Shown here: positions 49,113 through 59,901 of the stretch, in pieces
Layout of the letters: every line of letters starts with the position of its first letter
How positions within the stretch are numbered: the first letter of the stretch is position 1
NCBI GenBank assembly: GCA_029244925.1
Contig: JAQWQE010000051.1
Coordinates: forward strand, 1-61,809
DNA: 61,809 nt
Source of the DNA: Gammaproteobacteria bacterium
Lineage (GTDB): Bacteria > Pseudomonadota > Gammaproteobacteria > Steroidobacterales > UBA11654
Direction: 5' to 3'
Notes under the pieces: model-generated
The model's database searches: none
Seen by the model: only the letters and a program-made list of their open reading frames with translations
What the model was told of the DNA's origin: nothing
Made by a program: the position numbers and the translations under genes

Positions 49113-50396
49113 ATGAAAATAAGATTCATATTTCTCTCCCTTTTGATTACAGCTTGTGGTGGTGGAGGCGGCTCTTCAGATAATTCTACAAGCACCGCTA
49201 AGATTGCACCCAGAATTACCAATTTAAGCAAAAATTACGAGGTTTATGAAAATCAAAATGCTGCTTTTACCGTGACAGCAACTGATCCTGATTCTACTAG
49301 TCTCACTTATTCAATATCAGGCACTGATGCTTCCCAATTCAGCATTGGATCCGCAACAGGTCAGGTGATGTTTTCTAATAATCCTGATTTTGAGAACCCA
49401 AATGATGATAACGAGGATAACCAATATCAATTCTCAGTCGCTGTCAGTGATGGATCTCTAAATGACACTGAAGACTTTACAGTTAGCATTTTGGATGATT
49501 ATTCTGACAACCCAGATTCTGATCCAGAATGCAGTGTTTATATTATTGAAGGCGATATTGCGATCCCCAATACCGAGCTATGCACAATGTTCAGAGGTGG
49601 ATTGCTTCGAGAATTTATTATCTATGTGCCTCAGTCCTATGCCTCACAAACCTCTCCCCTCCCCTTACTGTTTAGCTTGCATGGTTACACCAGTAGAGCT
49701 GAGTGGAATTATAACTACACCGGTTTTCAAGATGTGGCTGATAACAATGGATTTATTGCGGTCTATCCTCAAGGCTCTGTATTCTCATCAACAGGAGAAA
49801 CTCATTGGAATGTAGGAGGATGGACAACAGGAAGCGGCACTGACGATATTGATTTTCTGAATAGCCTGATTGATTATCTTCCACTTAATTATTCAATTGA
49901 TCTGAATCGTGTATATTCAACTGGTATGTCAAATGGGGGTTTTATGAGCTATCACCTGGCGTGTAATTTAAGCACTAAGATTGCCGCTATTGCCTCAGTC
50001 ACAGGATCCATGACAAACAAAACTTATAATGATTGTGATCCAAAGCACCCAACTCCAGTCCTGCAAATTCATGGGAAACTGGATGGGACTGTTCCATATG
50101 CTGGGAATGCTGACATGAAACCTATTGAAGAGGTGATGAATTATTGGGTGAATTATAACGGTTGCAATCTCACACCTACCCAAACTCAAATAGAAGATGC
50201 TAATGGCGATGGTTATGGCGGCACCCTCACCCAGTATATTAATTGTCTAAATACTGTTGGCGTAGAGTTGTACTTACTTGATGCCGTCGGTCACGAATGG
50301 CCAGCGATAAATGATGATGATGATTATGACATTCACTCGGCTGATGTGATCTGGGATTTTTTATCCAAATACAATATTGATGGTCTAATACAATAA
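49113..50396 (+). CDS. Lipoprotein with cadherin-like domain and PHB-depolymerase/LpqC-type esterase
   Basis: Lipobox ITAC, G/S linker, ATDPD..PDFENP..VSDG cadherin motifs; SLHG, GMSNGG, HGKLD, GHEWP triad. Confidence 0.85.
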   Translation: MKIRFIFLSLLITACGGGGGSSDNSTSTAKIAPRITNLSKNYEVYENQNAAFTVTATDPDSTSLTYSISGTDASQFSIGSATGQVMFSNNPDFENPNDDNEDNQYQFSVAVSDGSLNDTEDFTVSILDDYSDNPDSDPECSVYIIEGDIAIPNTELCTMFRGGLLREFIIYVPQSYASQTSPLPLLFSLHGYTSRAEWNYNYTGFQDVADNNGFIAVYPQGSVFSSTGETHWNVGGWTTGSGTDDIDFLNSLIDYLPLNYSIDLNRVYSTGMSNGGFMSYHLACNLSTKIAAIASVTGSMTNKTYNDCDPKHPTPVLQIHGKLDGTVPYAGNADMKPIEEVMNYWVNYNGCNLTPTQTQIEDANGDGYGGTLTQYINCLNTVGVELYLLDAVGHEWPAINDDDDYDIHSADVIWDFLSKYNIDGLIQ

Positions 50397-50397
50397 A

Positions 50398-50868
50398 CTA
50401 GTTTTCTAATCTAAACGTTGCTTTAATAATCCTTTCATTGTCTTCATTATCTAGAAGAACAGTGCCAAGATTAGAGTTTAATATTTGAGAACTTTCCTTT
50501 ATAAACTGACCTGCTTGCAAGAGATCATCTGCACTGAAGACAATCATCATTACTTGATTATCCATTCTGCTGTATTTATAGTCAATGTTGTTGGTATCAG
50601 CAGATTCTATTAATTCTACTTCAATGCTAGTCAAATCTTTCTTAGATATTTCACTTCTTGATGAATTAATAATCATTAATGCTGAATCTTTTACATACTC
50701 ATAATTACTCTTAGCAATTTGATACCGCTTCGAAGCCATAGTTGTACTAGAGATTATCCCATTTACAAAACCTCCCAATATCAATAGAAATAAGAGAATA
50801 AACAATGCAAGCATTAGGCGTCTCTCCCTTTCGCTTCGTTCATTGATAAATTTTATTAAATCATTCAT
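50398..50868 (-). CDS. gspM: T2SS GspM-like
   Basis: RSERERRLM plus TM helix; last gene of the gsp run. Confidence 0.7.
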   Translation of the reverse strand: MNDLIKFINERSERERRLMLALFILLFLLILGGFVNGIISSTTMASKRYQIAKSNYEYVKDSALMIINSSRSEISKKDLTSIEVELIESADTNNIDYKYSRMDNQVMMIVFSADDLLQAGQFIKESSQILNSNLGTVLLDNEDNERIIKATFRLEN

Positions 50869-52036
50869 CGTTGTAAATCAGTTTAATTGTTCCATTGATG
50901 TTTCCATCAAAGTTATTAATGTCTTCATCAATAATTTGAACTTCTATGGATTGAATCAATTTCATAAAAATGCCGTACTTCAAGGAAGATACATTTTTAA
51001 AATTTAATTCTATAGTTGAGGAGTCAACATTCACTCTCATAGTATTGATTAAATCCAGATCAATTCTATCCAAGACCTTAAAGATATCCAGATTCGTTAT
51101 CACTACAGTGGGTCTTATTTTTGAAGTTTTGATAACCTGGTCAATTTGTAATTTAGGATTAATCACCCTTTTTGTATTGGGGTTAATGGATTGAAATATT
51201 TCAAGAGTTGCCTCATTATATTGATTCTCATATAACTTCATAAAGTAGATATTAAGATTGGGCAAAACAAAGAGTGCTAAAAGCGACCCAATTGAAACTA
51301 TTTTTTCTAATCTGGAAATACTCAAGCGATTCAGAATGTTCTTTATAGAAAACTGATACCTAAAAAGATTGGGTATTTCTGAAAGTTTTAAACCCATTAT
51401 GTTCCGATGCAACTCCTCCAGTGAGACAGACTCAAAGACAGGCTTTTTAACAATATTCTTTACAAATGGTTCATCCGATATGTTGATGAATATTGACCTT
51501 AAAGCAGTTCTGTCTTGATTTAAAATTGAAATGTATTGCTTTAGATTCGAATAATTTGATGAATGACCTGTGCCATCTTCAAATGCAACAATAAGACGAT
51601 GATTTATTTCTAGAATCGACTCAGAAACGTAGAAATGATTTAGATAATGCTCTGGGAGTATAATAGAAGTGCATCCCAATGCATTTATTTTTTTATTGAA
51701 TTTATTAATCGTGCTTTTATTTACCAAATGAACTAGGGATTTTTCATGATGATAGAAGAATTGATTGTCTGAGATATTATTGACAATAATATCGTCATGT
51801 TCTGAAAAAAATCTTGCTTTAAATTGCTCCATCGTTTCATTTTCATTTCTTGATATTGAAAAGCTATGGACCAAATAAGACGGTATGAAGAAATACAATG
51901 TACTGTTGCCTTCTATGTATTGATCAACATCTGTGAATGAAACTCTAGAATTACTAATCAATTGAGATTCAATGTATTCATACAAGTCTATTTCTTGTGT
52001 ATTCTCAGAGAGATGTATGCAATATGTTTTCATCAT
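50861..52036 (-). CDS. gspL: T2SS GspL-like (divergent)
   Basis: Cytoplasmic domain with ILPEH, PNL before the TM, RVINPKLQI after it; position. Confidence 0.72.
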   Translation of the reverse strand: MMKTYCIHLSENTQEIDLYEYIESQLISNSRVSFTDVDQYIEGNSTLYFFIPSYLVHSFSISRNENETMEQFKARFFSEHDDIIVNNISDNQFFYHHEKSLVHLVNKSTINKFNKKINALGCTSIILPEHYLNHFYVSESILEINHRLIVAFEDGTGHSSNYSNLKQYISILNQDRTALRSIFINISDEPFVKNIVKKPVFESVSLEELHRNIMGLKLSEIPNLFRYQFSIKNILNRLSISRLEKIVSIGSLLALFVLPNLNIYFMKLYENQYNEATLEIFQSINPNTKRVINPKLQIDQVIKTSKIRPTVVITNLDIFKVLDRIDLDLINTMRVNVDSSTIELNFKNVSSLKYGIFMKLIQSIEVQIIDEDINNFDGNINGTIKLIYNDE

Positions 52037-52048
52037 AATTTAATCAGT

Positions 52049-53008
52049 CTATATCCCATTATAAGATCGAAAAATAATGGAAACCTTATTATTATTATAA
52101 TTCATTAGGGTTTGTGAAGTTGCATTGAAATCGGCATAACTGACTACAGTATCAAGAAACAATAATTGGCTATTAAAACTAATTGGAATGTTTAAATTAT
52201 CAAAATTGATATTAGGATATTCACTTTTAAGATCTGAAATCGATTTAAACCCACTGAGTGGTATTGCATTGAGAATTTCTTCAGACTCACTTAGACTCAG
52301 ATCTGGTATTGCAGATGCCAATAGAAAAATATTATCAGCCTCTAAAAAATTAATATTAATTGAGTATTGATCTAGATGTGGAATCACACAAAAATGCTCT
52401 TTGATAATGCTCCAATCAAAGTATGCACTGGCAGGTAAATTTTTAATCTCGGATAAATGATAAAAATATCTCTTGGAAGTAAACTGCTTTGAATCGCTCA
52501 TTGGGCCAATATAAAAATAATCTTCTAGACCATTTGACCTCGGCTCATTATCAATATCAATCCAATCAATGATTTGATCAGTTAAAGCATCTATGGCACT
52601 TGCGTCATAATCCAATAACTTCAGATATCGTTCAAAAGCATTGATAGCCTTCTGATTAAGAATATATTTTTCTTTTCTGAAATCAAGCAAAGCATTGATA
52701 TTAAAGCAATTAGAGGCATCCTTTAGTGTTGCCTGAAGCGTTCCTTTTTCCAATTCAAGATTGATAGGATCACTGAACAGTGTCTGATTTTTTGCAGTAT
52801 GCACTCTATTGAGACGAAAGTGTTTTTTTATTTCTTTAATGGCTAATGTCTCAACATTAGCCATGTATTGAATAGCATCATTTTGAAAATCCACATACCC
52901 TTCTCTTTTAGAAGAAAGAAAATAGTACTTCCCAATAGAAACACTAATCACAGACAACATTAAAACAATCAATAAGACTGATATAAGAACAATGCCCTTA
53001 CTATTCAT
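52049..53008 (-). CDS. gspK: T2SS minor pseudopilin GspK
   Basis: MNSKG|IVLISVL, DASNCFNIN, IIDWID, ININ; start 53008. Confidence 0.88.
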   Translation of the reverse strand: MNSKGIVLISVLLIVLMLSVISVSIGKYYFLSSKREGYVDFQNDAIQYMANVETLAIKEIKKHFRLNRVHTAKNQTLFSDPINLELEKGTLQATLKDASNCFNINALLDFRKEKYILNQKAINAFERYLKLLDYDASAIDALTDQIIDWIDIDNEPRSNGLEDYFYIGPMSDSKQFTSKRYFYHLSEIKNLPASAYFDWSIIKEHFCVIPHLDQYSININFLEADNIFLLASAIPDLSLSESEEILNAIPLSGFKSISDLKSEYPNINFDNLNIPISFNSQLLFLDTVVSYADFNATSQTLMNYNNNKVSIIFRSYNGI

Positions 53009-53612
53009 AAACATTTTCAATATTGGGAGACACAATCCATTCCAATGATTTGTTATTCGATGACAAATTGATTCTGACCAAACGAGGTATTTTTCTAGAT
53101 GTAATGGCATCCTTGGGCCAATAATCACTCCAATCATTGCCATCTGAAAAACTCAGATTTAATTCATCAAAATTCTCGAACAATATGGACTCAAAATAAT
53201 CTTCTTCCATATAAGGATTATCAGAAAAATATTGTCTTCGATAAAAAGAATCGTTTTCGTGAAAATACTCAATTCTCTTAACCAATGAATTTTGTAATGT
53301 CCCAGTCTCTACAAGTGAACTAAAAATCATATTGTTTGAACCCTCTATGGATAGAAATGTTGCATCATAATCTTCACCATAAAAACTTCTCATTGGAACA
53401 TTCAATGACTGCCTGAGATCTCTTCGAATAATGCTTGAGGCAAGATTAAATTTTTTAACCTCATCCAATGATTGGAATGTTGATTCTCTTATAGTCAGAG
53501 ATGATTGCAGGATATTGGTTGAGACAAGAGTGATGATGGTAATAATAATTACCGAAATTAACACCTCAATCAGAGTGAATCCTTGGGTATGTTTTTGCTC
53601 ATCTTTTTTCAA
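53001..53612 (-). CDS. gspJ: T2SS minor pseudopilin GspJ
   Basis: QG|FTLIEVL, RRDLRQ, WSDYWP..PRLVRI; probable TTG start at 53612. Confidence 0.85.
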   Translation of the reverse strand: MKKDEQKHTQGFTLIEVLISVIIITIITLVSTNILQSSLTIRESTFQSLDEVKKFNLASSIIRRDLRQSLNVPMRSFYGEDYDATFLSIEGSNNMIFSSLVETGTLQNSLVKRIEYFHENDSFYRRQYFSDNPYMEEDYFESILFENFDELNLSFSDGNDWSDYWPKDAITSRKIPRLVRINLSSNNKSLEWIVSPNIENVYE

Positions 53613-53979
53613 TAAAACCCTCTCTGATAAATATTGTTTGTTGGCTTTTTGCATTCTTAATCTCAATGGAATACTGAAAAAATTCCTTTGATATGGACTG
53701 TGTCTCTTCTTCCCATAACCAATCTTTTCCATTCATATTAATCACTCCTCTCCTTGGTCCATCCATCAAAGGGGGTTCTATAGTATTCATTAATGCAACC
53801 CTGTTATTTGCCACTTCCCTTGCTATCACTCTCTCAGTAAGCTGCAAAGAAGACAATGAGGTTGACGTAATAAATTGATAAACTGCAATTACCGAGATGC
53901 TCAAAATGAGAAGAGCCACAGCAACTTCAAGAAGACTAAAGCCTTCAGATTTTTTTAATTTCTTTTGTAATCTTGCCAT
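53599..53979 (-). CDS. gspI: T2SS minor pseudopilin GspI
   Basis: EG|FSLLEV, VANNRVA, GKDWLW. Confidence 0.85.
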   Translation of the reverse strand: MARLQKKLKKSEGFSLLEVAVALLILSISVIAVYQFITSTSLSSLQLTERVIAREVANNRVALMNTIEPPLMDGPRRGVINMNGKDWLWEEETQSISKEFFQYSIEIKNAKSQQTIFIREGFIEKR

Positions 53980-54454
53980 TCTGGCTGATGTATATTTCAA
54001 TCATAAAATTACCATCTTCGATATAAATAATAGCCCCTGAATTTTCTCCCGATGGATAAAATGTTATTAATGGATACTCTGAAAGATCATCCTCCAAAAC
54101 AATGCGTCTACCGTTTGCTTTTCGTATCATAATTTCATCGTTCACACTGGCTTGAATTAAACTGAATTCATCTATGAATATTTCGTCCATCAATTCTTCA
54201 CTCTGATTAATGGCATAGAATTTACTTCCATTGCTGCTTGCAAACCATTGAATGCTTTTGCCCCTAATGATACTTTCCTCTGAAAGAACTTTAAAATTAC
54301 TCTCGATTGGGTTTTCTTTTACTTTTATAAGATTTAAAATGGAGGTATTCAAAAAAACATAAGTGGAAGTCACTCCTATAATGCATAGCACCATAAGAAG
54401 TTCTATCAGGGTGAAACCAAGTCTATTTTTTTTGCCAATTACCAAGATCTGCAT
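53945..54454 (-). CDS. gspH: T2SS minor pseudopilin GspH-like
   Basis: LG|FTLIELL, ITFYPSGE; position between gspG and gspI. Confidence 0.78.
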   Translation of the reverse strand: MQILVIGKKNRLGFTLIELLMVLCIIGVTSTYVFLNTSILNLIKVKENPIESNFKVLSEESIIRGKSIQWFASSNGSKFYAINQSEELMDEIFIDEFSLIQASVNDEIMIRKANGRRIVLEDDLSEYPLITFYPSGENSGAIIYIEDGNFMIEIYISQNGKITKEIKKI

Positions 54455-54857
54455 TCTCTCCTTCTCCACCCTCTATGCCATCCGCCCCATAACTGAAAAG
54501 ATCATATTTACCATATTGACCAGGGATTAAATAAAGATATTCATTGCCCCATGGATCCTCAGGAACATAGCCTGACAAATAGCCATCTTCTGGATAAAGA
54601 TTTGAATTCCTAATATCAAGGGGAGGTTTTATTAAGGCCTCTAATCCTTGATCTATAGTGGGATAAGCAACATGTTGGAATCTATATGTCTCTAAACCTT
54701 TTTCTATCTGTGATATATCGGCTCTTACTTTTTCATAGTAAGCTCGTTGCAAAAAAGGAGCCACATTAACAGCAACAATCGTCGTCAATATTCCAAGAAT
54801 AATAATCACAGCCATTAATTCAATCAATGTAAATCCTTTATTATATTGTTTCATCAT
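54423..54857 (-). CDS. gspG: T2SS major pseudopilin GspG
   Basis: KG|FTLIELM, YPTIDQGLEAL, PEDPWGNEY, SYGADGIEGGEGENAD. Confidence 0.95.
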   Translation of the reverse strand: MMKQYNKGFTLIELMAVIIILGILTTIVAVNVAPFLQRAYYEKVRADISQIEKGLETYRFQHVAYPTIDQGLEALIKPPLDIRNSNLYPEDGYLSGYVPEDPWGNEYLYLIPGQYGKYDLFSYGADGIEGGEGENADLGNWQKK

Positions 54858-56053
54858 TAAGATATAGCTATAGCATTCATTTGCATTATTGGTATTAAAA
54901 TTGCTAGTACAACCAGCAAGATAAAGCCGCCCATAATAATTATTACAGCGGGCTCTAATATGGATAATACCATAGAACGACTGGTTTCAATCTCAGACTT
55001 CATAAATTGAGACACTTTATTGAACATTTTAGTTAAATTTCCAGACATATACCCACTGGATACTAGTTGTATAAAAAGGTCTGGAAAAATCTTTGTCTTT
55101 TGAAGTGATGATACAAAATCTTTTCCTTCTGAAACTTCTTTGTTAGCAATGCCAATGATCTCTTTTAGGTAAAGATTATTAAACACCTTAGAGGCTTCTT
55201 CCATAGAAAGATCAAGGTTAATACCTGAATTCAGCAATAGATATATTGTGCTTGAGAAACGCTCCAGTTCTGCTTTCAAAATAAAATCACCAACAATAGG
55301 AATGGATAAGAATCGTCTATGCAATAGAACTAATTTTTTTGGTTGTGATTTGATGCGTTTATAGAAAAAAAGCAGGGCAAAGAATCCCATTATCATAAGA
55401 ATAAGAATCAAAGGCATGTTATTAGAAATGGATAATAATGTTCTTGTAAGTAATGGTAATTCTACCCCTGCCCTTATAAATTGACCCACTACTTGTGGCA
55501 TAACAAATGCTAATAATGCTGTGATTACAGCCAGTGAAAAAACTATTAAAATTATTGGATATGTTAGTGCTGATATGACTTTTTGCCTAATACTTTCAGC
55601 TTCTTCCAAGTAGTTTGATAAATTATCAAACATTAATGACAATTTGCCCGAAGCGTCTCCTGCTGTTATTAAGGCGGTATAGGTATTAGAAAAAATGGTT
55701 GGATAATTCATCATGGCCTGCCCCAGCCTTTTTCCTTGTATAACTTGATCCCTAATATCAAATAGGACATTTGCTAGCTTCCTATCGCTTAATTGATCTG
55801 CTGTAATTTCTATTGCTTTATCAAGAGAAATATCTGAATCAAGCAATGTTGCAAGTTGTCTGGTAGCAATGGAAAGTGTTTTTGATTTAATTTTAATTCT
55901 TTTTGAAAATTTTTTTGATGTTTTAAATACTTCGATTGGAGTTAAATTAAGATTTTTAATCAATCTCCTAGCTTCCCTTTCAGAAGCAGCATTGATAAAC
56001 CCATCTTTCTTTTTACCAATGGAGTCAAAAGCAATAAAGTTAAATGCTGGCAT
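54857..56053 (-). CDS. gspF: T2SS platform protein GspF
   Basis: MPAFNFIA, TRQLATLL, ALTYP, LPLLTR, LEP, AILIPI. Confidence 0.92.
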   Translation of the reverse strand: MPAFNFIAFDSIGKKKDGFINAASEREARRLIKNLNLTPIEVFKTSKKFSKRIKIKSKTLSIATRQLATLLDSDISLDKAIEITADQLSDRKLANVLFDIRDQVIQGKRLGQAMMNYPTIFSNTYTALITAGDASGKLSLMFDNLSNYLEEAESIRQKVISALTYPIILIVFSLAVITALLAFVMPQVVGQFIRAGVELPLLTRTLLSISNNMPLILILMIMGFFALLFFYKRIKSQPKKLVLLHRRFLSIPIVGDFILKAELERFSSTIYLLLNSGINLDLSMEEASKVFNNLYLKEIIGIANKEVSEGKDFVSSLQKTKIFPDLFIQLVSSGYMSGNLTKMFNKVSQFMKSEIETSRSMVLSILEPAVIIIMGGFILLVVLAILIPIMQMNAIAIS

Positions 56054-57512
56054 CTTCTTTTTGCGTTCTAATTCTGAGTAATTCTGCAGAAGAAGTGAGT
56101 CCATTAATAATGAGTTTCTTTGCTAGCTGATCAATAGGCTGAGTATCACTAAAAGCATACTTGCTAATCTCTTGTTCGGAAGCAGATTCATGAATCATAT
56201 TTTTTAATTCTGAATCTATTTGAATTGATTCAGCAATAGCAACTCGACCAAAATAACCAGTACCATCGCATTGATCACAACCTGTGGGAACATAAACAAT
56301 AGTATTGTCTTCAAGCTCAAAATTCTTTGCTATCCCTATGGTCAATTTCTCAGTGGTTTTGCAATTATTACAAAGCCTTCTAATCAGCCTTTGTGAGATG
56401 ATGGTCTTCAGACTTGAGGCCAATAAAAAAGACTCAATACCCATATCCCTCAATCTAGTTATCGCTCCTACAGCACTATTAGTATGAACTGTGGACAATA
56501 CTAAATGACCTGTTAAGCTTGCTTGAATAGCAATTCTTGCAGTTTCATCATCGCGAACTTCTCCGACCATGACTACATCTGGATCCTGCCTTAGCATTGA
56601 TCGCAATCCAACTGCGAAGTTATATCCTGTTTTAAGATTTACTTGTGTTTGGCCTATTCCTTTAAGCGTATACTCAATAGGATCTTCAACAGTTAAGATA
56701 TTCTGTGATGAGTCACTCAAATGCCTTAAGCCAGCATACAAAGTAGTTGTCTTTCCTGAACCAGTTGGCCCTGTGACTAGAATAATACCTTCCGATGCTT
56801 TGAGTGTAGATTTATAATTTTTAAGTGTGTTTTTATCTAAACCCAAATCCTCAATATTAATTTGTGCCGATTGCTTATCAAGTAGCCTTAGAACAATTCT
56901 CTCACCATAGGATGAAGGTAGGGTTGAGACCCTGACATCAACATTCTTGGTCCCCATAGATAAAGAAACCCGTCCATCTTGAGGCAATCTCCTTTCAGAA
57001 ATATCCAACCTTGAAATAATTTTCAATCTGGAAATAATTAAAGGTGCAATTCTTGCATCTTGTGATAATATTTCTTGAAGTATTCCATCAATGCGATAAC
57101 GAATCACAAATTGATTCTCGTATGGTTCAAAATGTATATCTGAAGCTCTTTTTTTTATTGCTTGACTGATTACTCCATTGATCAACTTAATAATAGGGGC
57201 ATCATTATTGCCACTGAGTAAATCCTCGGTAGGAGCTATACTGTTTGCAAAAGACTTAAGATCAAAACTATCGTTTAGTTCATCAGGAGAAAATATTGAA
57301 TCCTGATCCGTCGAGTAAGTCTTTGTTAGTAGGGCATTAAAGAACTCAGAATCACAAATGTGTATTTCAAAGTCCCTTTCCAAATATCTGACAAGCTCAT
57401 AATAGTTATGAGGCGATATCTTATTTTGAGAAAATATTTTGCAGTCTTTACCTTCTTCTAAAGCAATTATATTGCTGATTTTTACAAAGTCATATGGTAG
57501 TAAACTATTCAT
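56040..57512 (-). CDS. gspE: T2SS ATPase GspE
   Basis: ASDIHFEP, RLPQDGR, GPTGSGKTTTLY, LRQDPD, TGHLVLSTVH, CNNC/CDQC. Confidence 0.95.
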   Translation of the reverse strand: MNSLLPYDFVKISNIIALEEGKDCKIFSQNKISPHNYYELVRYLERDFEIHICDSEFFNALLTKTYSTDQDSIFSPDELNDSFDLKSFANSIAPTEDLLSGNNDAPIIKLINGVISQAIKKRASDIHFEPYENQFVIRYRIDGILQEILSQDARIAPLIISRLKIISRLDISERRLPQDGRVSLSMGTKNVDVRVSTLPSSYGERIVLRLLDKQSAQINIEDLGLDKNTLKNYKSTLKASEGIILVTGPTGSGKTTTLYAGLRHLSDSSQNILTVEDPIEYTLKGIGQTQVNLKTGYNFAVGLRSMLRQDPDVVMVGEVRDDETARIAIQASLTGHLVLSTVHTNSAVGAITRLRDMGIESFLLASSLKTIISQRLIRRLCNNCKTTEKLTIGIAKNFELEDNTIVYVPTGCDQCDGTGYFGRVAIAESIQIDSELKNMIHESASEQEISKYAFSDTQPIDQLAKKLIINGLTSSAELLRIRTQKEDASI

Positions 57513-57539
57513 TCAAATCAATTAGATTATCAAGAATAA

Positions 57540-59414
57540 CTATTCTTCTTGATTAGTTGTTATATTAGTGAGATCGATAATTTTTTCTCGTTCTGAGTTA
57601 AACATTCCCTCAGCTTTAATAAAATTATACTTCTCAAGAGAAATTTGGTTTACGGTATTGGAATCTGCCAATATTGTTGGCCTTAAAAAAACAATGAGAT
57701 TTCTTCTCACTATTTTTTTTGCAGTGCTTCTAAATAACCTTCCCAGAAGTGGTATTTTACCAAGCACTGGGACACTACTGACTGTCTCTTGAATATCGTC
57801 ATCAATCAAACCGCCTAAGACAATCACTTGATTATTGTCTACTAATACTTTGGTTTCTATTGTTCTTTTATTGGTTATTAAATCAATAGCACCTGAAATA
57901 GATCCAGCCACTCCTGAGACTTCTTGCTTTATATCTAAGATCACAGAATTACCTTCATTAATTTGAGGTGTGATTGACAATTTAATCCCTACCTCTTGGC
58001 GTGTAGTTGTTCTGAAGGGATTCATATTATTAGAACCTAAACTTTCTCCCGTTGTAATGGGTATCTCTTGGCCAATTACAAGATTGGCTGGCTCATTATC
58101 CATTGCAATAATCGAAGGAGTTGAAAGGATATTTGAGTCCTGATCTTTAGCAATCGCATTGATAATACCTATGAAACTATCACCATTTTTATCAATATCA
58201 CCAAAACCTGCAACCAGACCTTGTGTATTCAATAGTGAGGTTGTTGCTAAACTACTGAGTGTTGCATTATTTCCCTCTTCCACAGCATTTCCAGCAATCG
58301 CTAATAAATCAGGAGTTTGACTGCCAGGAAATCTTGTCACACCAATTGGAATACTATCGCCATCGGATTTAGAGAAAATTGTTTCAACTCCTAAATTCTT
58401 TGCCGCAGACTCTGATAGCTCAACGATAATAGCCTCAACCAAAACTTGAGCTCTTCTAATATCAATTTTTGCTACTAAATTTCTGATTAGATCCATATTG
58501 GAATTTTCAGAGGATACAATAAGAGAGTTAGTCTTATCATGAAACGTAACGACAGGTTTTTCTAAGTCTGATTCAGTAGTAAAACCTGAAGAAATTGTAT
58601 TGATAATGGCAGCAACTTCATCGGCTTTAGCATACTTAAGATAAATAACAGCAACGGATCCATCACTCTTTAAATCCGTATCCAGCATTTTCAATGCTTT
58701 CTCAATATTATTAGTAACATATTGATTGGCTGAAAGAATTATAGAATTAGATTGAGTAAATGGAATTGCAATAAAATTATTAACACTTGGATTATTTTGC
58801 AACTTAAGCTTATCTAAAATTCTTACTGCCTCAAACGATGAAAGATTATTAAGCTTAATAATTGAAATTGCAGCAGAATCATTGGCATCTAGTTCATTGA
58901 GTAATGCTTCAATTCGTTCAACATTACTTTTGCGATCAACAAGAAGTATGGAGTTAATCGATGGAATACTAGAAAGATGCGATTGCCTTCCAGTAATTGG
59001 TTTAATCATTGGAAGTATTTCTCCAGCGGACCTATTTTTCAATAAAATAATCTTAGTCATAAATTCAGCATCATTAGATGCTGAGTTGACATCTCTTGTA
59101 GCTTCATTCTCAGGAACGATTCTAACAATATTATTTTCAATAATTGCACTAAATCCATTGACTTGTATTGTTCTTAAAAAAACCTGCCAAACCTGTTCTT
59201 GATCCAACAATGAATCAGAATAGATCGTTACGTTGCCCTTAACTCTCGGATCCAAAATAATAGTTTTCTTAGAAAACTTAGCTATATCTTGAGTGATTTT
59301 TCTAAGATTAACATCATCGTAATTTAACAAGTAACTCTCTTGTGCTATAGCTGAAATAGATAATAAAGCTACAATCAAGACAATAAATATTTTGCTAATG
59401 GATGATGCTTTCAT
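57540..59414 (-). CDS. gspD: T2SS secretin GspD
   Basis: ILDPRVKG N0 domain, DIRRAQVLVEAIIVE, VGQEIP-like motif, VPVLGKIPLLGRLF, FLRPTI. Confidence 0.94.
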   Translation of the reverse strand: MKASSISKIFIVLIVALLSISAIAQESYLLNYDDVNLRKITQDIAKFSKKTIILDPRVKGNVTIYSDSLLDQEQVWQVFLRTIQVNGFSAIIENNIVRIVPENEATRDVNSASNDAEFMTKIILLKNRSAGEILPMIKPITGRQSHLSSIPSINSILLVDRKSNVERIEALLNELDANDSAAISIIKLNNLSSFEAVRILDKLKLQNNPSVNNFIAIPFTQSNSIILSANQYVTNNIEKALKMLDTDLKSDGSVAVIYLKYAKADEVAAIINTISSGFTTESDLEKPVVTFHDKTNSLIVSSENSNMDLIRNLVAKIDIRRAQVLVEAIIVELSESAAKNLGVETIFSKSDGDSIPIGVTRFPGSQTPDLLAIAGNAVEEGNNATLSSLATTSLLNTQGLVAGFGDIDKNGDSFIGIINAIAKDQDSNILSTPSIIAMDNEPANLVIGQEIPITTGESLGSNNMNPFRTTTRQEVGIKLSITPQINEGNSVILDIKQEVSGVAGSISGAIDLITNKRTIETKVLVDNNQVIVLGGLIDDDIQETVSSVPVLGKIPLLGRLFRSTAKKIVRRNLIVFLRPTILADSNTVNQISLEKYNFIKAEGMFNSEREKIIDLTNITTNQEE

Positions 59415-59809
59415 TCGGTTAAGTTATTTTCAATTTGATAGTCTGTACCCAAATAGCTAAAGTTAATATATTTTTTATTAACACTATTGAGTAAATACTT
59501 ATTCTCCAATAAGTCTCCTTTTTGAATAACAAATTCTTGATTGTTTCTTTTAACGATTACAGAAGAATTTAAGCCCATATTACCTAATCTAAAACCTACA
59601 AGTTCATAATCGAAATTAGAATCAGATGAGGTATCTATTTGCGAATTTGAAACTTCCATATTTGAAAGCTCAGTTGGGTTAATTCTAGTCAAATCTATAG
59701 CTGATATATTGGGGTATATCATAAAATTATTTATCGTGATTACAATCATAATGACTGCAAAAAATGAAAGTGAAATAATTATAATTTTCTTGGTTTTAAT
59801 GATGTCCAT
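59411..59809 (-). CDS. gspC: GspC-like (TM plus HR domain, no PDZ)
   Basis: TM helix, YELVG..SSVIV..GDLL; directly upstream of gspD. Confidence 0.62.
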   Translation of the reverse strand: MDIIKTKKIIIISLSFFAVIMIVITINNFMIYPNISAIDLTRINPTELSNMEVSNSQIDTSSDSNFDYELVGFRLGNMGLNSSVIVKRNNQEFVIQKGDLLENKYLLNSVNKKYINFSYLGTDYQIENNLTE

Positions 59810-59901
59810 AAAATTCTAACTTGGTGACAAAAAGAAATCTTTAAAACTAGTATTACAACTTTTTTGTATTAATGGTAGGAATATCAATTTAAGTTTCATT
59901 G

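Noticed and set aside
49462-49815. 117-aa alternative-frame ORF inside the esterase gene
   Set aside because: Fully nested, with no recognisable features.
52049-56104. Long overlaps among gsp ORFs in the track (also hisS, tesB, TPR, mobA)
   Set aside because: Artefacts of longest-ORF start choice; downstream starts next to prepilin motifs or SDs remove most of the overlap.
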